From positions 5,516,859-5,580,858 of the forward strand of contig NZ_CP036298.1 of assembly GCF_007752135.1 (NCBI RefSeq): a stretch of DNA of 64,000 nt. Direction: 5' to 3'. Position numbers and translations under genes: made by a program. This DNA comes from Aureliella helgolandensis (GTDB lineage: Bacteria > Planctomycetota > Planctomycetia > Pirellulales > Pirellulaceae). The notes below the pieces were generated by a model that was given only the letters and a program-made list of their open reading frames with translations, searched no databases and had not been told where the DNA came from. Each line of letters starts with the position of its first letter. Within the stretch, counting starts at the first letter, position 1. Below are positions 9,952 through 20,152 of the stretch, piece by piece.

Positions 9952-11502
9952 TTACACCTCTACTTTCTCTCTGGCCGATGCGGACGCCAAGAATTCAAGA
10001 CTGTCGAACTGATACGTGTCCAGGTGGACACCATTTACTTCACAAAGCAGAAGCTTTGGCGAGTCGATATCGATGATTGGGAGCAGATAGTAATCGGCAG
10101 GCGCAGTATTCTCGATATTCATGCGGACCAGAATAGTGATATCAGGCGTTACGCCTTGATTCAGTTTTATCAACCACCGGAGGGATCCTGCCTGGGTCTG
10201 TCGGCATCGAGAGAGTACCATTGATGCGCTGTACTCTCCATTGATCAACAGAAGATCGCTCGTGGAATCTTGCGTTACAGTCGCGCCCGCGGCACCGAGC
10301 TTTGAGGTGACATCTGAGACAAGTTGTGGGTACATCTGCCGAAGATCACGATTGATTTCTACATACCGATAGTCACGGTCTGGTTGGAGACCGATCTGCT
10401 TATACGCCGCTAGTAGGCTTCCGAATCTAGATCGATAAACGCTGCTGGATGGCATCGAGTGGCACGCGTCGATGAGTTGCCCAGAGAGCCGCGAGTTCTG
10501 ATCGGCCAACTTACTTAGTTTCGCAATCAACTCGTCGTTGGTTATCTTTCGAGCTCGTTCTTGAATGATTCCTCGAGCAACAAAGAACTCTTCGAGGGAA
10601 ACCACCGGTTCGAATGCTTGCTCGTGACGAACCCACATTTCCGGAGCGTTCTCGACTCGCTTCTTCTTCAGTTTGAAGGAAGTGCGGTTGTAGACATTGT
10701 TTCCAACGTACTTTTCGTTGGTGAGCACTTGATTGACGGTTCCCCGATTCCAGGAACGTCCGAGATCGGTTGAAATGCCCTTTTCATTTAACTCGTTTGC
10801 GATCTCGGCTTCCCGCTTTCCTTCCACAGTGAACGCGGTATAAATCCAGCGAACTGTCTCAACCTCCTCGTCGGGTCCCGGAACCAAGATCACTCTGTCA
10901 GTCTGCAGGCTTTTCCGCTCACCGCGTGCCAGCGGCCCTTTCTCGACGCCAGCCTGACTGATCAGCATGCGCCGTAGACCGAAGCCTGCCGGTCCGCCTT
11001 GCCGGTATCCAAGTTCGATTAGTCGGCACTGGCCTTTGAAAACCTTGGTCGAAAGCTCACGAGAGTACTCTCCAGCCATGGCTCGCTTCACACTTTTGAT
11101 GATTGTCGATGTGGGACCACCGTCATTCTCAAATGGCTCGGCACAGTAATGGACTTCTATCCCGGCACGTTTGCACAGATATTCGTAGTAGGCGCTTTCA
11201 TCTGCGTCTTGGAACCTCCCCCAGCGGCTAATGTCGTAAACCAGAATTGCTGAGAAGTCAGCTTTCCCGCACTGCACGTCGTCGATTAGCTGTTGGAGCG
11301 AGGCGCGCCCAGCCACATTAAGTCCACTTTTTCCCTCGTCCGCATAGGTCTTTACTATTTCGAATCCGCGGCGTCGGGCGAAATCCAAAATCGTATCGTC
11401 CTGATTGGCCGTAGAATATTGCTGGTGTTCGGTTGACATTCGCACGTATTGTGCAGCCCGAGTAAGGGTTTGAGGATGCTCATCAAGAGTTCGCAAATTC
11501 AC
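9952..11502 (-). CDS. Large serine recombinase (second copy, divergent from 5999-7558).
   Basis: AAQYVRMSTEHQ...ILVYDISRWGRF catalytic region, recombinase domain and C-terminal extension. Sits directly upstream of the two ParB-like genes in the same orientation (2-nt gap). Confidence 0.9.
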   Translation of the reverse strand: MNLRTLDEHPQTLTRAAQYVRMSTEHQQYSTANQDDTILDFARRRGFEIVKTYADEGKSGLNVAGRASLQQLIDDVQCGKADFSAILVYDISRWGRFQDADESAYYEYLCKRAGIEVHYCAEPFENDGGPTSTIIKSVKRAMAGEYSRELSTKVFKGQCRLIELGYRQGGPAGFGLRRMLISQAGVEKGPLARGERKSLQTDRVILVPGPDEEVETVRWIYTAFTVEGKREAEIANELNEKGISTDLGRSWNRGTVNQVLTNEKYVGNNVYNRTSFKLKKKRVENAPEMWVRHEQAFEPVVSLEEFFVARGIIQERARKITNDELIAKLSKLADQNSRLSGQLIDACHSMPSSSVYRSRFGSLLAAYKQIGLQPDRDYRYVEINRDLRQMYPQLVSDVTSKLGAAGATVTQDSTSDLLLINGEYSASMVLSRCRQTQAGSLRWLIKLNQGVTPDITILVRMNIENTAPADYYLLPIIDIDSPKLLLCEVNGVHLDTYQFDSLEFLASASAREKVEV

Positions 11503-11624
11503 AATTGAGCCTCGTCATTAACAAAGTCGCCGAACATTTATACGCAGAACAAATGACAATTCTGACTGCTAACTGTGGCAAAATGCGGTAGGTTACTGTG
11601 TTATTTCTGTGGGAAGTTCGATGT

Positions 11625-12077
11625 CTACCGATGGCAACGAAAGGAATAATGGCAGCGCACCGAGCCATCGATGCGGTCCGCAACCGCGTTCAGGCCGGCT
11701 TTGCGCAGCTTGATTCGAAGCGTTTTGATCACGCTTCTAATCGCAGAATCAGACCGCACACCTTCCCATAGTTCTTTGAGTAGGACGTTATGCGGGACAT
11801 AGATGCCTGGAGTGCGCATCAGTCGAGCTAAAATTTTGAAGGGCAGCGTATTACCTAGAAAACAGCACTTGCCGTCGTGGTAGACGCAGAGCATCTGCTG
11901 GTCGATTCGCGGCTCACTGCTCAGGCGTGTGTCGGTAGTTTCCTGGTTTGGTGGCCTAAGTGCTGCTTCGATAGTTGCTTTCAATGTCTGGAGGATCTCA
12001 GAGTGCGACCGGTGTTCCAGGATCAGTGTGTCAATCGCATCGCGCATCAGCTTCAGGTCTTCAGCAGCAATCATCAC
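11625..12077 (-). CDS. Winged-helix DNA-binding protein (OmpR/PhoB-type C-terminal effector domain only).
   Basis: LPFKILARLMRTPGIYVPHNVLLKELWEGVRSDSAIRSVIKTLRIKLRKAGL resembles the trans_reg_C winged helix. No receiver domain. Confidence 0.45.
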   Translation of the reverse strand: MMIAAEDLKLMRDAIDTLILEHRSHSEILQTLKATIEAALRPPNQETTDTRLSSEPRIDQQMLCVYHDGKCCFLGNTLPFKILARLMRTPGIYVPHNVLLKELWEGVRSDSAIRSVIKTLRIKLRKAGLNAVADRIDGSVRCHYSFRCHR

Positions 12078-12400
12078 ATGTGCCTCGGTGGAATTGAGCC
12101 TTTTCCATTCAACTTTGGCACGGCCGGCTTCGAGAGGCTAGCCAATTCTCTGTAAGTTTGGCCCTCTGGAGAATTCAAAGACTAAGAAGGTCCATCCGTT
12201 AGGGGGGGGGGGGCCGTGATTATCACCCCATCACTTGACCTACGACGGCGACGACAGCATGCTTTCCATCGCTTTTGGTTCGAAATCAATTCACCGGCCA
12301 AGCAGACTGTGGTACGAATTGAGGAGACAGCGTGTTCCAGTCCCAGCACGGGATAAGTTTCAAATAGGGTAGGCGTTCGCGGAAAGAGCTGGCAGACGGA

Positions 12401-12778
12401 GTGGCTGTACAAGGTTGTCGGGACCGGCTGACACGCGTCACCAAACTGCTCGCCCTTGCCATCCACTTCGACCACCTCATTAACGCCGGAGCAGTCATAT
12501 CCCAAGCCGAACTCGCCCGCCTCGGCCAAGTCAGCCGCCACCGCCTACCCCAAATCGTGAACTTACTGCACCTCGCTCCCAATATCCAACACCCAATCCT
12601 GCATCTCCCCCTGCTCACATCCGGTCGCGGTCCGATCACGGAACGCGAAATTCAACGGGTGAGTTGTATTCACAACTGGGAAAAGCAGGCAAACAGGAAG
12701 CGGTGCAGCGATTTTCGGCATGACGAAAAAGCGATTCGCTGCTCGCAATCGCTGTATCCGTGGTCTATCATTTATTGA
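12401..12778 (+). CDS. Small hypothetical HTH-like protein, paralogue of 7555-7941.
   Basis: About 45% identity over the core with ORF 7555-7941 (VTKLLALAIHFDHLINAGAVISQAELARLGQVSRHRLPQIVNLLHLAPNIQ). Confidence 0.4.
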   Translation: MAVQGCRDRLTRVTKLLALAIHFDHLINAGAVISQAELARLGQVSRHRLPQIVNLLHLAPNIQHPILHLPLLTSGRGPITEREIQRVSCIHNWEKQANRKRCSDFRHDEKAIRCSQSLYPWSIIY

Positions 12779-12806
12779 TAGACTTCCCGCTTCAAAGGAA
12801 AAAGAC

Positions 12807-13067
12807 ATGCCCCACTACCATCGAGCTATCGAAATTCAACAGCGACTTGAAGCTGTTCTTGAATTGGTTGCGGCTGGACAATACTCCACGCCACAAATTG
12901 CCGATGAAGTAGATGTGTCGACGGCAACGATTTCACGTTGTATCGACGCTTTGAGAAAACAAGGACACCGCATCGAGTCCGTCAAGATCGACGGTCAATG
13001 GTGTTATCGGCTGCAAGGAAGTGGTCAAAAGGGTTCGTCCAATCTCGCAAAGGCAGGGAAGTCATGA
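12807..13067 (+). CDS. Small HTH transcriptional regulator, first gene of a three-gene operon.
   Basis: ATG at 12807 preceded by GGAAAAAG. HTH-like segment YSTPQIADEVDVSTATISRCIDALRKQGHRI. Stop overlaps the ATPase start (ATGA at 13064). Confidence 0.55.
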   Translation: MPHYHRAIEIQQRLEAVLELVAAGQYSTPQIADEVDVSTATISRCIDALRKQGHRIESVKIDGQWCYRLQGSGQKGSSNLAKAGKS

Positions 13068-14056
13068 ATGCGGAACTACTCAAACGAATCATGCGAGCCA
13101 TCGCCAATGGTTCACAAGACGACCTCGAACAGCTTGCGGCGCGAGTCATTGATCGCGAACGTCAAAGCGGACACAGTCGGCTGGCAAATCAGCTCGAAGG
13201 CATTATGAGCAAGCCGCGTCCCCAGGTCGGTCGACCGGAAGGTGGCGGTAGTTCTGATCGAAATCTGTCCCAGCTACCTGTTAGTCGCCGGCACCAAGAG
13301 TTGCTCGCGACCTTGTTGCCACGTGAAGAACTCGAGCACCACATGGTGTTGCCGCCGGAGATCGAGAAACGCTTCGCTCGTGTCGAACAAGAATTTGCCG
13401 CCCGCGAACGCCTCGGAGCTTACGGTCTGAAAAACCGTAAGACGATTCTGCTTTACGGTCCTCCCGGATGCGGAAAATCTCTCGGAGCTAAACGTTTGGC
13501 ATGGAACACTGGCCTTCCACTACTAAAAGTCCGTTTCGACGCGCTCTTGTCGTCCTATTTCGGTGAGTCTGCCAGCAATCTGCGTGCAGTGTTCGACTCT
13601 GCCAAAGCACAGCCTTGCGTTTTGCTTCTCGACGAGTGTGACTTTATCGCGAAGTCAAGATCGAACACGCACGACATTGGCGAGGCATCACGTATCGTCA
13701 ATTCCCTGCTGCAATTGATGGAAGAATACGACGCGCCAGGACTACTGGTTGCCACAACCAACCTTGAAAACTCGCTCGACGACGCCTTGTTCCGTCGTTT
13801 CGACGATGTGTTTCAGATTCCGCCTCCAGGTGAAGATGAGATCAGTGAACTTCTTCGTACTACGCTTTCAGCCGTCAAGTGCGATGATAAACTTGCTTGG
13901 AAGAAAGCGATCAAGGAACTCGTCGGATCGTCCGCCGCTATGGTGGTGAAATCAGCCCGAGACGCAGCCAAAGCAGCCGTCCTGGGAGGCAAGAAGATTG
14001 TTGACACCCAGATCTTGCTCGCTGCCATCGACGAGAACAAACGAATCAACGAGTAG
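13064..14056 (+). CDS. AAA+ ATPase (IetA-like candidate).
   Basis: Walker A LLYGPPGCGKS, Walker B VLLLDECDF, sensor/arginine-finger region ATTNLENSLDDALFRRFD. About 130 aa N-terminal region of unknown function. Confidence 0.85.
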   Translation: MNAELLKRIMRAIANGSQDDLEQLAARVIDRERQSGHSRLANQLEGIMSKPRPQVGRPEGGGSSDRNLSQLPVSRRHQELLATLLPREELEHHMVLPPEIEKRFARVEQEFAARERLGAYGLKNRKTILLYGPPGCGKSLGAKRLAWNTGLPLLKVRFDALLSSYFGESASNLRAVFDSAKAQPCVLLLDECDFIAKSRSNTHDIGEASRIVNSLLQLMEEYDAPGLLVATTNLENSLDDALFRRFDDVFQIPPPGEDEISELLRTTLSAVKCDDKLAWKKAIKELVGSSAAMVVKSARDAAKAAVLGGKKIVDTQILLAAIDENKRINE

Positions 14057-14073
14057 CGTTTACAGGTCCACGA

Positions 14074-16689
14074 ATGCCGCCACCACCGTCGGAAAAGCCC
14101 TTTGACCATTTGCCGTTGGTACTGACCGGATCGGGTGACTCTCGCCCGCGAAAGCCGGTGGTGATGGATCCGAACCCGATAACCGAAGGTAACAAGGCAA
14201 ACCGAAGCGGACACGCTTCGAGCTTGCGGACGTCGTCGTTGGCTGTCGCCGAGCGTTGGAACGAAAGTCAAGCCGAGCGGGTCGCGGCAGGACTGCCGTC
14301 ACCCGAACCCGGCATCCCACTCTTATTGCAGATTGACACAGCGTTCGACCTGGACATTCTTCGACGACAGTTCAGTTTTGAAATTGTCTCCGAACACGAT
14401 GACGGCTTCGTCATTGTCGTCTCCAAAGATTTAGATCTGAGCCTGATCCAACAGAAGTTCGATGAATTCGAGCAAGAGGTGTACGGATCGGGTAGCATCG
14501 CCCAGATTCATGAACTCGTCAACGATGAGACACAGGAAGAACGACTTCGACGCATTCTTACCGATCAGTTGCTCAGCGAGTGGCCAACGCTCGCGGATGA
14601 CGCTGAGTACGTTGTTGATGTCAGTATCGCCTGCACCGGTGATTGGCAGATTCGCAATCGGCTCAAGCGAAATCCGCGATGGAAGCCAGAAACATGGGCA
14701 AGAAAAGAAAACGACTGGTCAAACGATCGCTTAGCCGCATACGAGCGATGGGATGCACTCAAAGATTCGCGGCTAGACGATGTCGAGGCGATGCTCGCAC
14801 CGTACAACGTTCAAGTTCTCAACAATTGGGACAATTCCGATGCGAAGTCTGTCCAACTGCCTGATAGCTTTACGCTAAGAATCCGAACCAGCGGTAAAGG
14901 ACTCCGCGACTTCGTCCTCAACTACGCTTACGTTTGGGAAGTCACTGAACCGGATGAAATTGAGACACCTCAGCAAGCAGCACGCAACCTTGCTGACCTG
15001 TCGGCCGGCCTTACCTTCAATGCTCCATCGACCAATGCCCCCGTTGTTTGCATCATTGACAGCGGCATCCAAGAATCCCACCTGTATCTTGAGCCCGCCA
15101 TTCGCGATTTCGAATCAAAGTGCTTTCTCGAAGGTGCTACGCCAACTGATGTGACTGACTGCGTCAAACCGAGCGGACACGGCACGCGCGTCGCTGGCGT
15201 CGTTCTGTACGGCGAGAATGTCCCAAAGTTCGGCATCGTCGACTTAGACTGCTGGATTCAAAATGCTCGCGTACTTGATGCACACTGCAAGATGCCGCTC
15301 ACGATGCTGCCGGCTGCGGTAATCCGTGATGTCGTCTCGCATTTCAATCGCGGCAAAAATCCAACGCGAATCTTTAATCACTCGATCAACTCGGCCGTCG
15401 CTTCACGCACACTGCATATGTCGTCGTGGGCAGCGGAGATTGACCAGCTATGCCACGATCGTGACATTTTGGTGCTCCAAAGCGTTGGCAACATTCGTCA
15501 GTCCAATCCCATACCCAACCCAGGCGTCGCCGAACAACTGGCCGCTGGCAAGTCCTATCCCGACTATTTGTCCGAGCCCGCATCACGCATTGCGAATCCA
15601 GCGCAGAGCCTGCAAGCGTTGACAGTCGGATCGGTTGCCTACGATACCGTCAACGCGGGCGGATGGCAGAGCCTTGCCAAACAGGGCGGTGAACCCTCCG
15701 CGTTCAGCCGCAGCGGCCATGGCATTTGGGACACCATCAAACCAGAGGTCGTCGAGTATGGCGGCGACTATATGATCGACGGTTCAACACCGCCAAGCGT
15801 AACCTATCCTGCCGCATGTGCGTCGGCGTATCCGATTCTGATCGGGTCAACGCTCCACGGCGAACCTGCAGTCACCCAAGACGATGTTGGCACCTCCTAC
15901 TCCACGCCAAAGGTCGCCCGGATCGCGGCTCGTTTGGCGGCTGTGATGCCAACGAATTCGTGCTTGCTCTATCGCGCCCTGATCATCCAATCGGCACAGT
16001 GGCCGGCGTGGGCCGAATCCCTCCCCATGCACGAGCAGATCAACATACTACGTCGTTTGGGATACGGGATTCCCAACATGTCGCGTGCGACCGAAAACAC
16101 CCAGTATCGTGCAACATTCACCACGTCGAGCGACCAAGTTCTCGGCACCAAGCAATGCCACGTGTTTCAAATCCCGATTCCAGCAGAACTACGAACGCCC
16201 GGTGGTGAGTACGACATCCGAATTGATGTGACGCTTTCGTACTCGGCCACTCCACGTCGAACCCGTCGATCGCCCCGCGGCTACCTAGCGGTTTGGCTCG
16301 ATTGGATTGCCAGCCAGTGCGGCGAATCCGCCGGCTCATTTTTGAATCGAGCACTGGCAACCGAAGATGATCCAGTCGGCGACCGCAATGGTGAACTGCC
16401 GTGGACACTGCACCCCATGACGCAACATGGACTATCCGGCGTGCGACGCAACCGAGGGACCGTTCAAAAAGACTGGGCCATCGTCAAATCGAATGCCCTG
16501 CCAGAAGATCTCAGCATCGCCGTTCGTGGACACCAAGGCTGGAGTCATGATCCCGACGAGACGGCATCCTACGCAATCGCTGTAACTTTCGAGATCGTCG
16601 GCCAAGAGATTCCGATCTATGAGCCGCTCCGTACTGCGGTCCTGGACCTACAGTTTGTTGTCGAAGTAGAGGTGGAAGCAGAAGTTTAA
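14074..16689 (+). CDS. Subtilisin-like serine peptidase (S8 family) with long N- and C-terminal extensions (IetS-like candidate).
   Basis: Catalytic triad motifs VVCIIDSGI (Asp), SGHGTRVAGV (His) and GTSYSTPKVA (Ser). 871 aa. 17-nt gap after the ATPase. Confidence 0.85.
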   Translation: MPPPPSEKPFDHLPLVLTGSGDSRPRKPVVMDPNPITEGNKANRSGHASSLRTSSLAVAERWNESQAERVAAGLPSPEPGIPLLLQIDTAFDLDILRRQFSFEIVSEHDDGFVIVVSKDLDLSLIQQKFDEFEQEVYGSGSIAQIHELVNDETQEERLRRILTDQLLSEWPTLADDAEYVVDVSIACTGDWQIRNRLKRNPRWKPETWARKENDWSNDRLAAYERWDALKDSRLDDVEAMLAPYNVQVLNNWDNSDAKSVQLPDSFTLRIRTSGKGLRDFVLNYAYVWEVTEPDEIETPQQAARNLADLSAGLTFNAPSTNAPVVCIIDSGIQESHLYLEPAIRDFESKCFLEGATPTDVTDCVKPSGHGTRVAGVVLYGENVPKFGIVDLDCWIQNARVLDAHCKMPLTMLPAAVIRDVVSHFNRGKNPTRIFNHSINSAVASRTLHMSSWAAEIDQLCHDRDILVLQSVGNIRQSNPIPNPGVAEQLAAGKSYPDYLSEPASRIANPAQSLQALTVGSVAYDTVNAGGWQSLAKQGGEPSAFSRSGHGIWDTIKPEVVEYGGDYMIDGSTPPSVTYPAACASAYPILIGSTLHGEPAVTQDDVGTSYSTPKVARIAARLAAVMPTNSCLLYRALIIQSAQWPAWAESLPMHEQINILRRLGYGIPNMSRATENTQYRATFTTSSDQVLGTKQCHVFQIPIPAELRTPGGEYDIRIDVTLSYSATPRRTRRSPRGYLAVWLDWIASQCGESAGSFLNRALATEDDPVGDRNGELPWTLHPMTQHGLSGVRRNRGTVQKDWAIVKSNALPEDLSIAVRGHQGWSHDPDETASYAIAVTFEIVGQEIPIYEPLRTAVLDLQFVVEVEVEAEV

Positions 16690-16784
16690 CGTCAATTGGG
16701 GATGTCCCCTGCGTTAAAACTGGTGGTGGCCTCGCTGGCTAAAGGGTACTGGAAAAGGTCTTAAGTATCAAACAGGTGATGGAA

Positions 16785-17570
16785 CTAAAGTGATGGGGCC
16801 CGTGCCGTCGCCGGCTTTTTTGGTGTAGAATTGTGTTCTCTCGCCAGGGCGGCAATCAGCTCAGGAAGTTCCTTGTGGCCGCCGATTCGATGGAACCCCT
16901 TTTCGGCCTCAAGCGGTGCGTACGACAGCCAGCGAATCGCCTGATCCGTGTCGGCTCGGAATCGTGTTACACGGCCCAAGCGGCGACGCGTGTTCTGGAA
17001 GGAGTTCTCAATTGCGTTGGTACTTAGCAGTGAACGATGGAGCGTGTTTGGCACTTCGAGTCGGTGAAGGGCTAGCAGGTCCTCACCGGCTTCATGAAGG
17101 CTCTTAAACGCCTCGGCATTGAGTGCTCAAGGAATGCCTCTAGCTCGCCGACGACCTCTTGTGCGGCGGTATAGCCCTGCACGCTACGGAGTCGTCTAAA
17201 CAGTCGAGCGAGTTCACCCGTATGACGCTTCGATAGCTTGCCACGAATGTTGCGTTCCTTGTGGACCAAGCAGCGTTGGATGGCCGAGGCGGGGAAGTGC
17301 TCCTTGCCCGCTTTGCAATACACTTCGGCATTCTGCGGATAGATTTCGGAGTCGTCCGGCTTTCCAGAGTCTTTCTTCGAGAGTCGGGAGTTGGCCGGAT
17401 AGGCCAAGACAAAGGTCGTATTCTTCGTATAACCCGCAGTAAACGCGGCCACTTAAAAACCCGCTACCTAGCGAGGTACAGCGGGTCGATTTGATGAATA
17501 CTAACTCCCTTATATCATGCACTGTAAACGCCGCTGATGAACGCCGAGATTTATGAATACTACGTACCAT
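16785..17570 (-). pseudogene. IS256-family (mutator-type) transposase remnant: frameshifted and N-terminally truncated.
   Basis: Fragments carry IS256 Tnp hallmarks QRCLVHKERNIRGKLSKRH and TNAIENSFQNTRRRLGRVTRF in different frames. Only about half of a roughly 400-aa transposase remains. Confidence 0.6.
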
Positions 17571-17593
17571 TTAACGGAGGTCGGCTTTTGACA

Positions 17594-18760
17594 CTAATCT
17601 GGGCGGCCTGACTTGCCGTTTATTCTGACGGTCTGCGACGCTGTCCGAAGTTCTTCGAATTTCTCTTCAGGGATTCCGGAATGCTCAATCGAAGCCCACC
17701 GAAGTGTTTCAGATAGGCTTAGCGACTCTAGATGTTGCGTCGTCAACCAAGGAACCTGGGTGCTTAGTCCCTCGAGCCTTTCAAGTGAGAAGATTAATCT
17801 AAATACCTCCGGAGTCACTGGTGCTAAATCCTGAGCTAGTACCAGAGTCTTAGGGTTTGTTGCGTTCAGTAGGCCTGCAATATCTGATCCTGAGAAATTG
17901 TTTTTGCTAATTCTGAGCACGTCGACGTTTATCGCTGGTGCCTCAACGAAGCTGTTGTTCCTGACGAACCCAATGCCACTGAACCAAAGTTCGTTTGGAG
18001 CAACGTTGAGTATTGAAGATAGCGATTTTTCACTCAATACTTGGTCACACACGTACATCCCGTGAACATCGTGTTCCAAGTTGTCAAGCAGCCCCGCGTC
18101 TTCATCCACAAGTCCGAACAATACGAGGTCAATGACGCAGTCTTCGGGTATCTCGTTGAGCCAGGCGATGACATTCTTTGTTAGCATCTGCTTTTTGGAT
18201 GCGGAAACGCGAACGTACATAAGGTGGTCAATCGGGATGCCTGTTAAAGTATCCTCTTGGAGTTCGTTCAAATCTAAATGAAGCAATCGCAAACCCGATT
18301 GGAAAAAGCTGGAGACTCGATGGTCAAACAGCAACTCAAAACAAGCACCAAACGATTCTGCCAGCCAGCCATTCGGAGCAAGGGAGTAGTTGGAGACTCC
18401 CGGCCGGTCGAGGTTGGCAGTAATCCGCCATTTCTCGACTACATAAGTTGAAGGGAAACATATCACCGCTACGCATACGGGAACTATTAGGACCAGAGTT
18501 CGCAATTCGATTCGTCTTGACCGGAATAACCGCCAGGAAAATAGAGTAACGGCCACGGCAAGAAGTGCCGCGATGAAAATCCAAGCAGAGGCTTGTGGAA
18601 AAAGAGACAAAAGCTTCCAAAGCAGAAAGCCCCCCAAAGCTCCAGCCAGGAGCATCAGAATATGTATTCGCCGAATTGCGGCGGTAATTTCTCTTGGAAA
18701 GTTCATGACCGGTGGCAAAACCCCTTCTGTGCATACCCGCAATGCTAACCCCAAAACCAC
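17594..18760 (-). CDS. Membrane protein with N-terminal TM helices and a C-terminal leucine-rich-repeat-like region.
   Basis: Hydrophobic N-terminus (IHILMLLAGALGGFLLWKLLSLF; IFIAALLAVAVTLF). Repeated LxxLxLxxN-type segments in the C-terminal half. Confidence 0.45.
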   Translation of the reverse strand: MVLGLALRVCTEGVLPPVMNFPREITAAIRRIHILMLLAGALGGFLLWKLLSLFPQASAWIFIAALLAVAVTLFSWRLFRSRRIELRTLVLIVPVCVAVICFPSTYVVEKWRITANLDRPGVSNYSLAPNGWLAESFGACFELLFDHRVSSFFQSGLRLLHLDLNELQEDTLTGIPIDHLMYVRVSASKKQMLTKNVIAWLNEIPEDCVIDLVLFGLVDEDAGLLDNLEHDVHGMYVCDQVLSEKSLSSILNVAPNELWFSGIGFVRNNSFVEAPAINVDVLRISKNNFSGSDIAGLLNATNPKTLVLAQDLAPVTPEVFRLIFSLERLEGLSTQVPWLTTQHLESLSLSETLRWASIEHSGIPEEKFEELRTASQTVRINGKSGRPD

Positions 18761-19079
18761 AATGATGTTTCGGCAACAACGCCCGATATGTAGCGTGTGG
18801 TTTGTTTTGCTCTGTCAGGCGGCGGAGTTTCGCGGCTTCCCCTGCAAGAATTATTACGTTGCGGGGAATGGCTAGGAACTTAGTCCAGCTGGCCGACAGA
18901 GAAATGCGCAACAATCAGCGTTCCAAATCTGGCAAGCCTACTGCGTACACTATGGGGCAGCGGTACGTCTCAAGCCAACAATTGTTGACTGCTAAGCTGA
19001 CGTCGGATTTGAGCTAAAACTTGGGGAGGCTTCCACAACTTTGGAGCAAAATTGCTGCGTATTATCGATTTCACCAGGA

Positions 19080-19535
19080 TCAGCGGTTTGCAATCGAAAA
19101 ACCAACGATAAAAACAATCACCACTATCAACAACACCAGGAGCCCGGTGCTAGTGGAAATGCCGCTACCTGGAGAATTGGCGCCAGACTTTGATTTGACT
19201 CTTGTGTCTCGAATTGCCAACCCGCACAAGCTAATGATCATGCCGGCACCGAGCACGAAGAGGCTGTTGAAACGCCCGGTAGACAACTCGTTTGGTGGAA
19301 GCGATGGAATGATCCAAAATGCGACCGCACCATAAGCAAGCGTTACTATACCGATGACGAAGACTCCTGTTCCAAACTTGCGGCGCAATTGAAAGCGCGG
19401 CACGGCGTGAATAGTGTCAGCCTCTGGTGGGTGGTAGGGGTTCGTGTTCATGGTAATCGAGCCGTTGGCATGGAATGGACGGTTCCAGGTAATGTTGATA
19501 CGCGAAGGCTGCAAGTTGCCGTCGGTATTGTTCAA
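19080..19535 (-). CDS. Hypothetical membrane protein.
   Basis: Three predicted TM helices; no conserved motif recognised. Confidence 0.35.
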   Translation of the reverse strand: MNNTDGNLQPSRINITWNRPFHANGSITMNTNPYHPPEADTIHAVPRFQLRRKFGTGVFVIGIVTLAYGAVAFWIIPSLPPNELSTGRFNSLFVLGAGMIISLCGLAIRDTRVKSKSGANSPGSGISTSTGLLVLLIVVIVFIVGFSIANR

Positions 19536-20152
19536 CCGTGACGGTGGGTCCAGCGGCTAGATTTCTTCGACAGTCGTGTCAGCGCCGAACGGCTCCAAAA
19601 AACTTCTGAGCAGACTAGCACCGTAACGATCCTTTACTTTTGCCAGAGGAATCTCACAGCAGTCGCGATCCCGTAGGGTTTGCTTTGATAGTGATTCGCA
19701 TTCAGGCTTCTTTAAACCGGTGACACGGGCGAGTCGCTTGGCAAGGTCGCGCACTTCCCAACCAGTGCCCTGAGTCCAACCGTCCCCGTCTCGCCAGCCA
19801 TGAATGCGAATAGCTACCATGGTTGCGATTATAACAGCACGGCCGGCAGTTCGGGTGCCGGAAAACTAGCGCGGAAATTGATCTAGCCTTCCAGTATCTA
19901 TTGGCAGCCACGGTGCCGTCGAATTCAAGCAACACTTCTGCTAAATTGCATTGGATCGATGCCGAACCGTCCCCCATTTGCTGCCCTTAATCCTTAACCC
20001 TATAGTGTGACGCGGTGAGGAGATTCGACGTACAGTCGGTTCCCTCTTGAAGAAATTCGAGGAACCGTATTCGAGAGTAGCTGAAGCCTTGACCAGCTTC
20101 CCTTGGTCATGATCAAAACCAGGCTATCCTCAACGCTAAGAATGAGTTTCTA

